A DNA stretch of 64,000 nt from an uncultured Planctomycetales bacterium (lineage in GTDB: Bacteria; Omnitrophota; Gorgyraeia; Zapsychrales; JANLHA01), in assembly GCA_964489065.1 (NCBI GenBank), contig CAZAXH010000004.1:15181-79180 (forward strand), given 5' to 3'. The stretch's first letter is position 1. Each line of letters opens with the position of its first letter. The notes under the pieces were generated by a model. It made no database searches. It saw only the letters and a program-made list of their open reading frames with translations, and had not been told where the DNA came from. The translations under genes and the position numbers were made by a program. Positions 1-9,305 of the stretch are shown piece by piece.

Positions 1-221
1 GAATAATAAACATTCATTCCTTCCCGCCGGTCATTCACGATGCCTGTTAACCGCAAACGGCCCAAGTGTTTAGACAGGCTTGACTGGCTGACGTTCAAGA
101 TCAGGCACAGTTCACTCACGCTCATTTCTTGATGGCTTAATAAATTAATAACTCTCAAACGGGTGTCATCCGCAAATGATTGCAGGATTTGACGAACTTT
201 CTTAATACCCAAACAACTCAC
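1..221 (-). CDS. ArsR/SmtB-family HTH transcriptional regulator. Only the N-terminal part is inside the window. Translation from a GTG at 221 reads ...QILQSFADDTRLRVINLLSHQEMSVSELCLILNVSQSSLSKHLGRLRLTGIV...
   Basis: Manual reverse-strand translation shows the ArsR wHTH signature (ADxTRLRIL..L....ELCV..L......S.SxHL..L...G). A GGGAGGA RBS lies just upstream of the GTG. The gene runs off the window edge. Confidence 0.5.
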   Translation of the reverse strand, partial: MSCLGIKKVRQILQSFADDTRLRVINLLSHQEMSVSELCLILNVSQSSLSKHLGRLRLTGIVNDRREGMNVYY

Positions 222-508
222 TCCTCCCCGTTCCCAAAGACCTTTTCACCATATTCCCTTAAGGGAATATGCTACTAGGGCAAAATAACACTGTCAAGAT
301 TTTTCGCCCATTTATCCGCCTTCGCCGAAGACCACAGGCATACCTGCGGATAAAAACGAGCGTGGGACAAAATTTTCTACCTCGGGAATATTCATGCGTG
401 TGTTGAAAATCAGGCTGTCCCGGCCGTGACACAGGTTGTTATGAGGCCCCCTGGGGCTCCATATCCCCAATTGGCGCAATATGGCCGGGAAAGATATCCC
501 CCCGGCCT

Positions 509-733
509 TTACAGGATGCTGCCGAAGGGATTACGGGGGCCGACGTTGACTGCCCTTAAAAATGAAGGAAATTTCCGGGCCGGAATGATTATCTCCGTAA
601 CTTTTTCGCGGGTCACATCCTCAAAAATCATTTTAACGCCCACTTGTCCTTCATCATCAGAAAAATGCCTGACATAAAGACTATAACTGGAGCCGCAATC
701 ATCCCATTCAATCAATTCGTTAATTCTGGGCAA
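509..733 (-). CDS. Small hypothetical protein (74 aa)
   Basis: ORF only. No recognisable motif. Sits in an otherwise ORF-poor 1.1-kb leader region. Confidence 0.15.
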   Translation of the reverse strand: MPRINELIEWDDCGSSYSLYVRHFSDDEGQVGVKMIFEDVTREKVTEIIIPARKFPSFLRAVNVGPRNPFGSIL

Positions 734-1131
734 AGAAGTCTCCTTGTAAAAAGTTAAATAAAAAGCTGTCCGCGATTATAATATTCCTCCCCAGGGCTGT
801 CAAGACACAACGTGGAAATCGCACTCATCCCCGTCCTGTTTTTTCCTTCCCTCCCCTTTTTTTGTTTTACTTGACAAAATGCTAAACGTTGTTAAGATTG
901 ATTGAAAATATACAAGGATCCGCTATCCCGTGTCCCAGACTGAATATGTTTTTTCCAACCGCAGGTTGTGAGACCTACTCTGACAATCCGCAACGGGAAG
1001 AAAGAAACATGACAAGCGTTTAAGGTTTAGTTAACAATCTTAAAAAAGGATGTTGGCTTTGCCCTAAATGCTTTTTTTATTAAATAATTTTTAAATTTAA
1101 ACCCTTTATCAACCCATTTTAAAAGGAACCC

Positions 1132-3063
1132 ATGAGAGACACAGTAGACAGTCCCAGCGATCAACAAAAAGTTAAACCCCGCTTACAACCAGAGAAAAGG
1201 ACGTTCGGCCCGATCGATAATCTGGAAGCCCATGTATCATCGGACTGGTGGTGCCGCATCTTCAACGCCAATTATTTAAAGACCGATGCCGACGTCGTGG
1301 ATGATCCGTCCATTACTCGTGAGGAAATACAGCTTTTCCTCTCCTCCGTACAACTGCAAAAAGACCACCTTATACTTGACCTATGCTGCGGACAAGGGCG
1401 TCACTGCCTGGAACTGGCCAGGCAGGGATTTAAAAACATCTACGGCCTCGACCGCTCTCATTATCTCATCCAAAGGGCCCGTTTACAGACCAAACGGGAA
1501 GGGTTGAATATTAAATTCAAAGAAGGCGACGCCAGGAAACTTCCTTACCCTGCATGTAAATTCGACTGCGTGACCCTTCTGGGGAACAGTTTCGGGTATT
1601 TTGAAACCATTAATGACGACCTGCTGGTCTTAAAAGAAATTTTCCGGGTCATCAAGCCCTGGGGGAAAATCCTTATCGATGTTTCTGATGGAGACTATGT
1701 GCAAAAACATTTCAGCCCCCGGAGCTGGGAATGGATCGACAAAAAACATTTTGTCTGCCGGGAAAGATCTTTATCCATGGATAAACAGCGGCTCATCAGC
1801 CGGGAAGTCATCTCGCATGTGGAAAAAGGCGTGGTCGCCGACCAGTTTTACGCGGAACGGCTGTATTCCCGGGAGACATTATCCAACCTGCTGGAAAACG
1901 CGGGTTTTAAAGACATCCGCTTTGCCCAGGAGATTAAAACGCATTCCCAAAGAAACCAAGACCTAGGCATGATGGAACAGCGGGTCATTGTTACTGCGGT
2001 CGTCAAAAAAGAATGGACCCCTCCCTCGGTCGCTAAGAAGGGCGTTGCCCTAAAAAACGTAGCGGTCATCTTGGGGGACCCGCAGAAAACCGACACGCTT
2101 AAACCCTCATCGGTCTTCGATGATGACGATTTTTATACGATTGACCAAATGAAGTCTGTCCTCAACCGGCTGCCCTTGTACAAATTCACGTATTTTAACA
2201 ACCATGACAGCTTGATCAATGATCTCCTGAAAAACCGGGGTAAAATTGATCTGGTGTTTAACCTGTGTGATGAGGGCTTCAACAATATGGCCAGTAAGGA
2301 GTTACACGTCCCGGCCCTTCTGGAACTGTTAAACATCCCTTATACCGGAGCTGGCCCCCAGTGTCTGGCTCATTGTTATGACAAATCCCTGGTCAGAGGG
2401 ATCGCCAATGAAATGGGCATTATGGTGCCTCAGGCGTTCTTTATCAAAGCGGAGGACAATGTGTTTGACCTGTCCTTCCCGTTCCCCGTTCTAGTGAAAC
2501 CGAATTTCGGTGATTCCAGTCTTGGAATCACCCAAAATAGCGTGGCCTACAACATTGAAGAACTGGTTAACGCGATTCAGCAGATCCGTGATCAAATCGG
2601 TTTCGACAAACCTATTTTAGTCGAGGAATTCCTGGAAGGCGCGGATTTAAGCGTGGGAATCATCGGGAATCCGCCGGAATCCTACACAATACTCCCCATC
2701 ATTGAAGAAGATTATTCCCTCCTCCCGAAAGAACTTCCGAGGATTTGCGGGTATGAAGCAAAATGGTTGCCCCAATCCCCCTATGGAAAAATCCGGTCTA
2801 TCCCGGCCAATCTTTCGGATGAAGCAGAAAAATATATTGAAGCCTGCTGTTTAAAACTTTTCGAACGGCTGGAATGCCGGGACTACGCCCGGGTGGACTG
2901 GCGGCTGGATAAGGCAGGAAATCCAAAACTTCTGGAAGTCAACCCCAATCCCGGATGGTGCTGGGACGGCCACTTGGCCAAAATGGCAAAATTAGCAGAC
3001 ATCTCCTATGCCCGTATGCTGGAAGATATCCTAAAAGTCGCCAGCGAGCGGCTATGGAAGTAG
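1132..3063 (+). CDS. Fusion protein: N-terminal class I SAM-dependent methyltransferase plus C-terminal ATP-grasp ligase resembling D-Ala-D-Ala ligase
   Basis: Methyltransferase motif I (ILDLCCGQGRHCLELARQG) and post-I acidic residue (YGLDRS) in the N-terminal third. The C-terminal half has ATP-grasp hallmarks (PVLVKPNFGDSSLGI, VEEFLEGADLSVGIIGN, LLEVNPNPGW). RBS-like purine-rich leader before the ATG. Confidence 0.8.
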   Translation: MRDTVDSPSDQQKVKPRLQPEKRTFGPIDNLEAHVSSDWWCRIFNANYLKTDADVVDDPSITREEIQLFLSSVQLQKDHLILDLCCGQGRHCLELARQGFKNIYGLDRSHYLIQRARLQTKREGLNIKFKEGDARKLPYPACKFDCVTLLGNSFGYFETINDDLLVLKEIFRVIKPWGKILIDVSDGDYVQKHFSPRSWEWIDKKHFVCRERSLSMDKQRLISREVISHVEKGVVADQFYAERLYSRETLSNLLENAGFKDIRFAQEIKTHSQRNQDLGMMEQRVIVTAVVKKEWTPPSVAKKGVALKNVAVILGDPQKTDTLKPSSVFDDDDFYTIDQMKSVLNRLPLYKFTYFNNHDSLINDLLKNRGKIDLVFNLCDEGFNNMASKELHVPALLELLNIPYTGAGPQCLAHCYDKSLVRGIANEMGIMVPQAFFIKAEDNVFDLSFPFPVLVKPNFGDSSLGITQNSVAYNIEELVNAIQQIRDQIGFDKPILVEEFLEGADLSVGIIGNPPESYTILPIIEEDYSLLPKELPRICGYEAKWLPQSPYGKIRSIPANLSDEAEKYIEACCLKLFERLECRDYARVDWRLDKAGNPKLLEVNPNPGWCWDGHLAKMAKLADISYARMLEDILKVASERLWK

Positions 3064-3073
3064 AGAAGTCAGG

Positions 3074-3112
3074 AAAAAGGCAGCACTCTTTAATAAAAAG
3101 TACTGCCTTTTT
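3074..3112. terminator. Bidirectional intrinsic terminator between convergent genes
   Basis: AAAAAGGCAG-N19-CTGCCTTTTT. A 10-bp stem flanked by an A-run and a T-run. Lies between the stop at 3063 (+) and the stop at 3127 (-). Confidence 0.5.
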
Positions 3113-3126
3113 CCTGAAAACACTTG

Positions 3127-4530
3127 TTATTTCTTTTCCGGCTCTTTATCCTTTTTATCATCTTTAATAATAACAGTCGGTTTCTGCTTACCTCCCGCAT
3201 AATAAGGAGCAGGGGGTTCTTTTCCATCTGTCGTCTTGCCTAGGTACTCCGGCAATTGAACCCCGGCCATGCCCGCAATATCATGCAAAGCCGGTAATGA
3301 TTTAATCATGTTACTCACAAAATTCGCCGTCGAACTGCCCTTTTCCGCGTTCCCGCTGTCCCAAACGGTAATTTTATCGATCTTTAACTTCTGAATCGCT
3401 TCGGTCTGCAACTTCACGATCTCTTCCAGCTTCTCAACGAGAAGCATCGTCGCCGCATCTTTCGCGTTATCACCGCAAGAATTGACCAACTGATTATACC
3501 CTTCGGCCTTGGCATCAAGGACTTTCTGAATCCCTTCCGCCTCAGCCGACTTGACAGCGACAATCGCATCCGCCTGCCCGCGCGCCTCCCGGCGAACCCG
3601 CTCGGCTTCCGCTTCGGCCGATATTTCTATCTTCCGTTTCTCAATTTCCTTAACGACAATCTCTTCCGCCTCCAACCGCTTCGTTTCCGCAAGAGCCTTT
3701 GCCTTCTGGATTTCCGCGATAGAATTCTGACGGGCAACCTGCCCGCGGCGGTCCGCGTCCGCGGCCTTCTCCGCCAAATCCGCATTATAATTCGCTATGT
3801 TCGCCTGAGCAACATTCTCACCTTCAACAGCCTCCGAATTATACTTCGCGACCTGAATACGGCGCTCCCGTTGGGCCGCCGCGGCGCCGACATCCCCTTT
3901 TTTCTCCTGTTCCGCCACATCGATTTTAGCCTGGTTGATCGCCGTGGATGCGGCCTTTTTCCCGATGCTCTCGATATAACCTGACTCATCGGCGATATCG
4001 GTAATGTTAACGTTGATCAAGGTTAAACCGATCTTTCTCAACTCCGGCTCAATGTTATTCCGGATTGCCTGTAAAAATTTTTCCCGGTCTTGGTTAATGT
4101 CTTCAATCGTCAACGTGGCCACCGTGAGCCTCAACTGCCCGAAAATAATTTCCGTGGCCATCTTTTCGATTTCCTGCTGGCTCAATTCCAAAAGGCGGAC
4201 GGCCGCGTTATGCATGGCTTCGGTTGACGTGTCGATCGCAATCGTAAAAGTGCTGGGGACATTAATCCGAATATTCTGGAACGACAAAGCCCCTTTGAGC
4301 GGAATGCTGATTGTCATGGGTGTCAGGTCTAAAAATTTTGAATCCTGAATAAGGGGCCAGATAAAGGAGCCCCCACCGTGAAAACAGGTCACGGATTTCC
4401 CCTCGCCCACCTTTCCGTAAATCGCCAATATTTTATTGGATGGGCATCGTTTATAACAGCTGGCCAAAAACAGGATTAACGCGAACAAGAAAAAGACAAA
4501 AATCAAAACAGAAATCGCAAGTAGACTCAT
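3127..4530 (-). CDS. Flotillin-like SPFH/band-7 protein (YqiK/FloT type)
   Basis: N-terminal TM. SPFH core. Long Ala/Glu/Lys/Arg-rich coiled coil (AEQEKK...EAEAERVRREARGQADAIVAVKSAEAEGIQKV). AGGAGG RBS before the ATG. Confidence 0.85.
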   Translation of the reverse strand: MSLLAISVLIFVFFLFALILFLASCYKRCPSNKILAIYGKVGEGKSVTCFHGGGSFIWPLIQDSKFLDLTPMTISIPLKGALSFQNIRINVPSTFTIAIDTSTEAMHNAAVRLLELSQQEIEKMATEIIFGQLRLTVATLTIEDINQDREKFLQAIRNNIEPELRKIGLTLINVNITDIADESGYIESIGKKAASTAINQAKIDVAEQEKKGDVGAAAAQRERRIQVAKYNSEAVEGENVAQANIANYNADLAEKAADADRRGQVARQNSIAEIQKAKALAETKRLEAEEIVVKEIEKRKIEISAEAEAERVRREARGQADAIVAVKSAEAEGIQKVLDAKAEGYNQLVNSCGDNAKDAATMLLVEKLEEIVKLQTEAIQKLKIDKITVWDSGNAEKGSSTANFVSNMIKSLPALHDIAGMAGVQLPEYLGKTTDGKEPPAPYYAGGKQKPTVIIKDDKKDKEPEKK

Positions 4531-4544
4531 AGCCGACTCCTCCT

Positions 4545-5153
4545 TTATATTTTCTTTACCGCCACGGTTATTTGATCAACGACCCTGACAACTTCAACGG
4601 TCTGGAATGAATCGATCGCCTCTTTGTTCTCCGCGACCGCCTCGATTTCCCGGGTAATATCATTTAACACAACGTTAATCTTCCCCCGGCCGTCCACCGG
4701 AATCCTCTGATAAACAGCCCCCCGCTTCCCCACCACCTGGTCCACCGAGAAGACAGCCCCTTTACTGACGAGCTTCCTGGCGAGTTTGAAAAGATAGGCC
4801 GTTATCAGCATGCAGCCCACTCCACCCAGGAATCCGATGACCACAGAAAGGCCTCCGTTTAAAAGAAATTGTTTATGACACGTCAGGCCGATCCATCCGA
4901 ACATCATGAAAAAAGCCGTGATGGAGTTTATAGAAATGAACTCAAAATGCGTATCCGATACTGTCCCGTCATGGCCGGAGTGCCCCATGTCCACAGGCGC
5001 ATGGGTTCCTAAATCCGCGTCCACGCCGGTGTCCAATCCTCCGCCTATCACCATTAAAAAAACCCTTAAAATAAAAAAACCCGTGCCGGCAAGAGCACAG
5101 AACCAAAAAAGCGCCTCCAAAGAAGTGACTTGCTGAAAAAGGCCCCCGTCCAT
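4545..5153 (-). CDS. NfeD/YqiJ-like (DUF1449) membrane partner of the flotillin
   Basis: TM segments, a His-rich loop (GTHAPVDMGHSGHDG) and a C-terminal OB-like β-rich region. It is 15 nt upstream of the flotillin gene and co-oriented with it. Start chosen at MDGGLF with an AAGGAGGTG RBS; the ORF track extends 10 codons further 5'. Confidence 0.6.
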   Translation of the reverse strand: MDGGLFQQVTSLEALFWFCALAGTGFFILRVFLMVIGGGLDTGVDADLGTHAPVDMGHSGHDGTVSDTHFEFISINSITAFFMMFGWIGLTCHKQFLLNGGLSVVIGFLGGVGCMLITAYLFKLARKLVSKGAVFSVDQVVGKRGAVYQRIPVDGRGKINVVLNDITREIEAVAENKEAIDSFQTVEVVRVVDQITVAVKKI

Positions 5154-5316
5154 TGGACACCTCCTTTTAATTAGAAGACCCACGATAACAACCTGGCTAA
5201 ATTATAACAGACAGAAAAATCAGTGTCGATTATAAAACCGAACTGATTCTGTAACTAAACCTCCTTCCGCTGTAAAACAATGGCCGATCCGCCGTATATC
5301 CCCTCTATTGTCCGCT

Positions 5317-6948
5317 CTACTCGGACAACTTAACGATCACGCCGTTTTTACGCGCTTGCATAAAAGCGTGTTTCATAAATACCAACCCTATAACAAGATA
5401 AACAATAACTAACGTGAACCCCTTCCAAAGTACATGCCGGAGAACCGGCTCAAAGCCAAAACTTTGCCGAAAATATTCCAGGAAATATGTGATAGGGATG
5501 CCTTGCGCGCAATAGTAAAAAAATTTCGGCAATGTATTAATAGGATAATAAATCCCGCAGACCAGCATGAAAAGATACGCAAACATCCAGGCCGTTATTT
5601 CCGCTTTCTGGCCAAAACAAAGCAGAAGATAACACACAAGTGTTCCCAAAAGAAGCGCAGAGCCGAAGATCCCCAACAAAAAGATCCCGGTCACGGATAA
5701 AGACGGGAAGTGGAATCCGAAAAAACCCATGGCAGCACAGCCCAAGATCCCGAAAATAATCACTCCTCTGACAATGCCGATCACCCAGGACCCGAAAAGA
5801 TGCTCGCTGATCCCCACCGGCGTCAGGAAGGTGTGCTTTAAACTTTTGGCCCACACCTCATACAAGAGGCTGTAGGCGACATCCAACTGTGTGACCTGTA
5901 AAATGCCCGCAGTCATTGCGCCCGTGATAATAAAAGCGAGCGCCCGTTCTTCCATCTGCAGAAAATCCCCCATAAGCCCGATCGAGATCAAGCTGACGAT
6001 CGGCCAGAACACCAGTTCCATAAAAGCAAAAAAATTCCTGATCGCGTAAAGCATATTCCGGTACGTAAACGCAAAACAGCTGTTCAACCACTTGGTCGCA
6101 TCCCCGGCAAGCGGGCGCGGTCCAGCGCGTATTTCCCGCCGGCTCAAGACTTCGGTCGCCTCCGGCTGCGGCGGGGAGGCCGTGATCGGCTCTGCTATCT
6201 TGCCGGCCAGGTCAATAAAAACATCTTCCAAATCCTTCTTGCCCTGCCGTGCCTTTAATTCATCCGGAGTCGCCAGCCGGATAAGGCGCCCCTCTTTGAG
6301 AAAGGCAATCCGCTGGCACATCTTTTCCGCTTCCGGCATATAATGAGTTGTCAGCAAAATCGTCGCGCCCGTCTTCTCATAAATATCCAAAATCAGCCGG
6401 CGGATTTTAACCGCCACATCCGGATCAAACCCTACAGTCGGCTCATCAAGAAAAATAATCTTAGGGTCGTTGATCAGGCACTTGGCCAAGGCGAGCTTCT
6501 GCTTGGTCCCGCTGGAGAGTTCGTCAAAACGAAGCCGCGCGGCCTGTCCCAGTCCAAACATGTCAATCAGGGACGCCACGCGCTGTTTTAAAATTTTCCC
6601 CTTAAGGTTATACAACCGGCCGTAAAAAAACAAATTTTCTTCCAGGGTTAAACTCCAGGGGAAATTGGGGTGCCCGGAACACATATTAAAACTCTGCCGC
6701 AATTCGGAATAATGGGCCGGAACCAGTTGTTTTTCCAGCATCGTGACCGTTCCGCTGTCGGGCAAAAGCAAGGTGGAAAGGATGTTTAACAACGTCGTCT
6801 TGCCCGCGCCATTCGGCCCCAGGACCCCTAAAATTTCCCCCTCCCGGATATCCAGGGAAACATGATCCAGAGCTTTAATGCGCACATGTTTTCCCGCCTG
6901 AGAAACAAATGTCTTGCTGATATTGTTAACGGAAATCAACGTTTTCAT
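5317..6948 (-). CDS. Fused ABC transporter: N-terminal ATPase plus C-terminal ABC-2-type permease
   Basis: Walker A (GPNGAGKTT). ABC signature (LSSGTKQKLALA). Walker B (IIFLDEP). The C-terminal half has about 6 TM helices of ABC-2 permease type. Confidence 0.85.
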   Translation of the reverse strand: MKTLISVNNISKTFVSQAGKHVRIKALDHVSLDIREGEILGVLGPNGAGKTTLLNILSTLLLPDSGTVTMLEKQLVPAHYSELRQSFNMCSGHPNFPWSLTLEENLFFYGRLYNLKGKILKQRVASLIDMFGLGQAARLRFDELSSGTKQKLALAKCLINDPKIIFLDEPTVGFDPDVAVKIRRLILDIYEKTGATILLTTHYMPEAEKMCQRIAFLKEGRLIRLATPDELKARQGKKDLEDVFIDLAGKIAEPITASPPQPEATEVLSRREIRAGPRPLAGDATKWLNSCFAFTYRNMLYAIRNFFAFMELVFWPIVSLISIGLMGDFLQMEERALAFIITGAMTAGILQVTQLDVAYSLLYEVWAKSLKHTFLTPVGISEHLFGSWVIGIVRGVIIFGILGCAAMGFFGFHFPSLSVTGIFLLGIFGSALLLGTLVCYLLLCFGQKAEITAWMFAYLFMLVCGIYYPINTLPKFFYYCAQGIPITYFLEYFRQSFGFEPVLRHVLWKGFTLVIVYLVIGLVFMKHAFMQARKNGVIVKLSE

Positions 6949-7009
6949 AAATATAGGAACTGATCCCGCAGGCAGGGCTTCCGGAAATTTTGGAAAAGCA
7001 TCCCCGCTC

Positions 7010-7966
7010 CTATCCGAATAACGGACCGGCCAAAATTTTCCGGCTTATATCAAGGGCCGACTTCAAAACATATTCCGCGGCTTTTTGATTTGTAAAATAC
7101 CCGGATGTCCGGGTTGTCTTCTGCCTTATAACAAGCACAACCACATCCTGGGCCGATTTTAACTCAAGCGTAATATTCCGGGGGGCGTCTTTTATAAGAG
7201 GGTCGACTTTGTCAAAAAATTTATGAGATTTGCCTATCAAAACACAATATAAATAAGGATAATCCCGGCCTTCCACGTTATTAATGGAAATCTGCACCTG
7301 CAACCCCAGGCACTCTGCCGGCGCGGGGATAAACCTTAACATCAACCGGGCGTCCGTGGGCACGCGTTTCCCGTCTTTCGTCGGCTGGGTTGCCAGCATG
7401 GGCAGGACATGCACATCGCTCGGGGAGGATAAAAACCGCATCATCTGTTCCAGGAGTTTAATCTTAATAATAAGCTGATCTTTTTTAAGATAACTCCGCA
7501 CCCCCGTGACCCAATGAGGGGCGAAAAGGACAAACGTGTCCCAGGCCCAGAACTTAGCCAGCCGTTCCTGCCCGGCCCCCATCAGGTCAACCCAGATAAA
7601 AAGCCCAACCCCCGCGCAAACGGCTGCACAGCAAAACCCCAAAGGATTGGTGATATCAAAACAATCCTGATCCCATTTCTTCAACTGCTTCTGCTTCAAC
7701 TGTACTTTTTGATATTCATCCGGGGTGACCTGATTCCATTCCTCCGGCCCGTTCGACTTCGGGTGGGCGGAATACCCTTTAATAAGCGAGAGGGCCGTGG
7801 CCGCCGCCAGGAGAAACAATCCCCCCCAGAACTCAATCATCAGTTGCACCAGAAGCCCGATGGCGAGCAGGGCTAAAATCAGGATCAACCGGCCATGATA
7901 AGGCATCCTCTTGGCGAACAGGAAATGGATCTCCCCCCGTCTTTGCGCATCAGGCAGCCAGGTCAT
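7010..7966 (-). CDS. Integral membrane protein of unknown function. Operon member, with an ATGA overlap onto the rSAM stop.
   Basis: Several hydrophobic helices in the N-terminal half. No recognisable catalytic motif. A 4-nt overlap with the upstream gene implies translational coupling. Confidence 0.5.
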   Translation of the reverse strand: MTWLPDAQRRGEIHFLFAKRMPYHGRLILILALLAIGLLVQLMIEFWGGLFLLAAATALSLIKGYSAHPKSNGPEEWNQVTPDEYQKVQLKQKQLKKWDQDCFDITNPLGFCCAAVCAGVGLFIWVDLMGAGQERLAKFWAWDTFVLFAPHWVTGVRSYLKKDQLIIKIKLLEQMMRFLSSPSDVHVLPMLATQPTKDGKRVPTDARLMLRFIPAPAECLGLQVQISINNVEGRDYPYLYCVLIGKSHKFFDKVDPLIKDAPRNITLELKSAQDVVVLVIRQKTTRTSGYFTNQKAAEYVLKSALDISRKILAGPLFG

Positions 7967-9294
7967 GCACCCACCTCCACCGGTTTATGCTGCAGAAGCT
8001 CCGCATACCCGACCTGCCGCCAGTACAGCGGGCAGCCGCCGTTGCAGACGGCTAGGTCTTCACACGCCTGGCATTGCTCGTGAGCGAAACGTTTGCGCTG
8101 AAAATATTGAAAAGCCGGGCCGGCCCACAACTCCCGGAAACGGCCCTGCCTATCCAGAATATTTCCCATAGGCAGAGGGAAACTGGAACACGGCAGGATA
8201 TCCCCATTCGGGGCGATGCTAAGCAACCCGTCACAGGCCGCGCATCCCCGGTTCCCCAAGCCATGCACAATCGGATTAAAAATGCATAACGGCGTGGGGG
8301 AATACCACATAAATTCCAGCCCCTGCGCGACAGCTTCGCGCTGAATATCCAAAACAACCGGGCCGATATCGGAATACCGGACCAGCACCTCTCCCAAATG
8401 CGCGGCCGCCGACCCTTCGGGCATAAGCAAGTTCATAGAAAATTTATTAAAGCCCTCCTCACGCACCAAGGCCAGAACCGCGTTCAAATGATCTTTGTTC
8501 AGGGCAGAAATAGTTGTGTTGGTGTGCACCCGGATCTTCGCGTCCCGCAAGGCTCTCAACCCAACCAGGGTCTTCGCAAAGGCCCCAGGAGAACGGACAA
8601 TCCGGTCATGCAGGCGCGCGTCCGCGGCCTCCAGGCTGACCTGGGCGGAATCCAGCCCCGCGGCTTTTAAAGTGGCCGCCAAGGCGGGCGTGACCAACGT
8701 CCCATTGGTAATGAGATTCGTCCACATTTTTAACGACTTGGCGAACCGTACCAGTTCTGGCAAATCCGGCCGGAGCGTGGGTTCCCCACCGGTAAAGCTG
8801 ACGGACGGCACTTCGGCCTCTTCCCGGATCACGATCAACACACGTTTCAGCTGATCAAGCGAGCATTCCTCCGCCCGGGTATCCTTGCGGCAACCGCACC
8901 CCGCATAGCAAAACTGGCAGGCCAGGTTGCACCGGTACGTGACCGCGATCTCGCTTAAAACCGGCAGGGTGTTAAACGGAAGTTTGAAAGGATACCGCTC
9001 GACCGCTTTACGGCCGTCCCGTTCATGATAACAGCCTTTAAAGAGCGCCATGATATCACAAAAAAAATAATGCAGGTCCCGGGCGACCCCCTCTTTATCC
9101 GGATACCGGTCCACGACCGTATAAATACTGTTTCCCCCCAAAAGTGTTTTCAAAACAGACACTCCCGAAGCGTTGATTTTATGCGCCTCGTTGGGAATCT
9201 TGATGAGCAAGTGATCATGCTCCCGCACGTGGATATACGGAGAAACCCGTTTGATATATTCGTCAACCCACCGGATGTTGGCATAATATTCCAT
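7963..9294 (-). CDS. Radical SAM enzyme with C-terminal SPASM domain and about 120-aa N-terminal extension (maturase-like)
   Basis: CNLACQFCYAG (CxxxCxxC). C-terminal Cys cluster (CAACDGLL...ILPCS...CQACEDLAVCNGGCP), typical of a SPASM/twitch auxiliary Fe-S domain. Start reassigned to MEYYANIRW, with a GGAG RBS 11 nt after the stop of the upstream gene. The ORF-track start at 9411 would overlap the upstream coding repeat. Confidence 0.85.
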   Translation of the reverse strand: MEYYANIRWVDEYIKRVSPYIHVREHDHLLIKIPNEAHKINASGVSVLKTLLGGNSIYTVVDRYPDKEGVARDLHYFFCDIMALFKGCYHERDGRKAVERYPFKLPFNTLPVLSEIAVTYRCNLACQFCYAGCGCRKDTRAEECSLDQLKRVLIVIREEAEVPSVSFTGGEPTLRPDLPELVRFAKSLKMWTNLITNGTLVTPALAATLKAAGLDSAQVSLEAADARLHDRIVRSPGAFAKTLVGLRALRDAKIRVHTNTTISALNKDHLNAVLALVREEGFNKFSMNLLMPEGSAAAHLGEVLVRYSDIGPVVLDIQREAVAQGLEFMWYSPTPLCIFNPIVHGLGNRGCAACDGLLSIAPNGDILPCSSFPLPMGNILDRQGRFRELWAGPAFQYFQRKRFAHEQCQACEDLAVCNGGCPLYWRQVGYAELLQHKPVEVGA

Positions 9295-9305
9295 GGCAGA
9301 CTCCG

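Noticed and set aside
5434-6591. Internal or antisense ORFs within the fused ABC transporter gene
   Set aside because: They are overlapped by a protein with full Walker A/B and signature motifs. No independent support.
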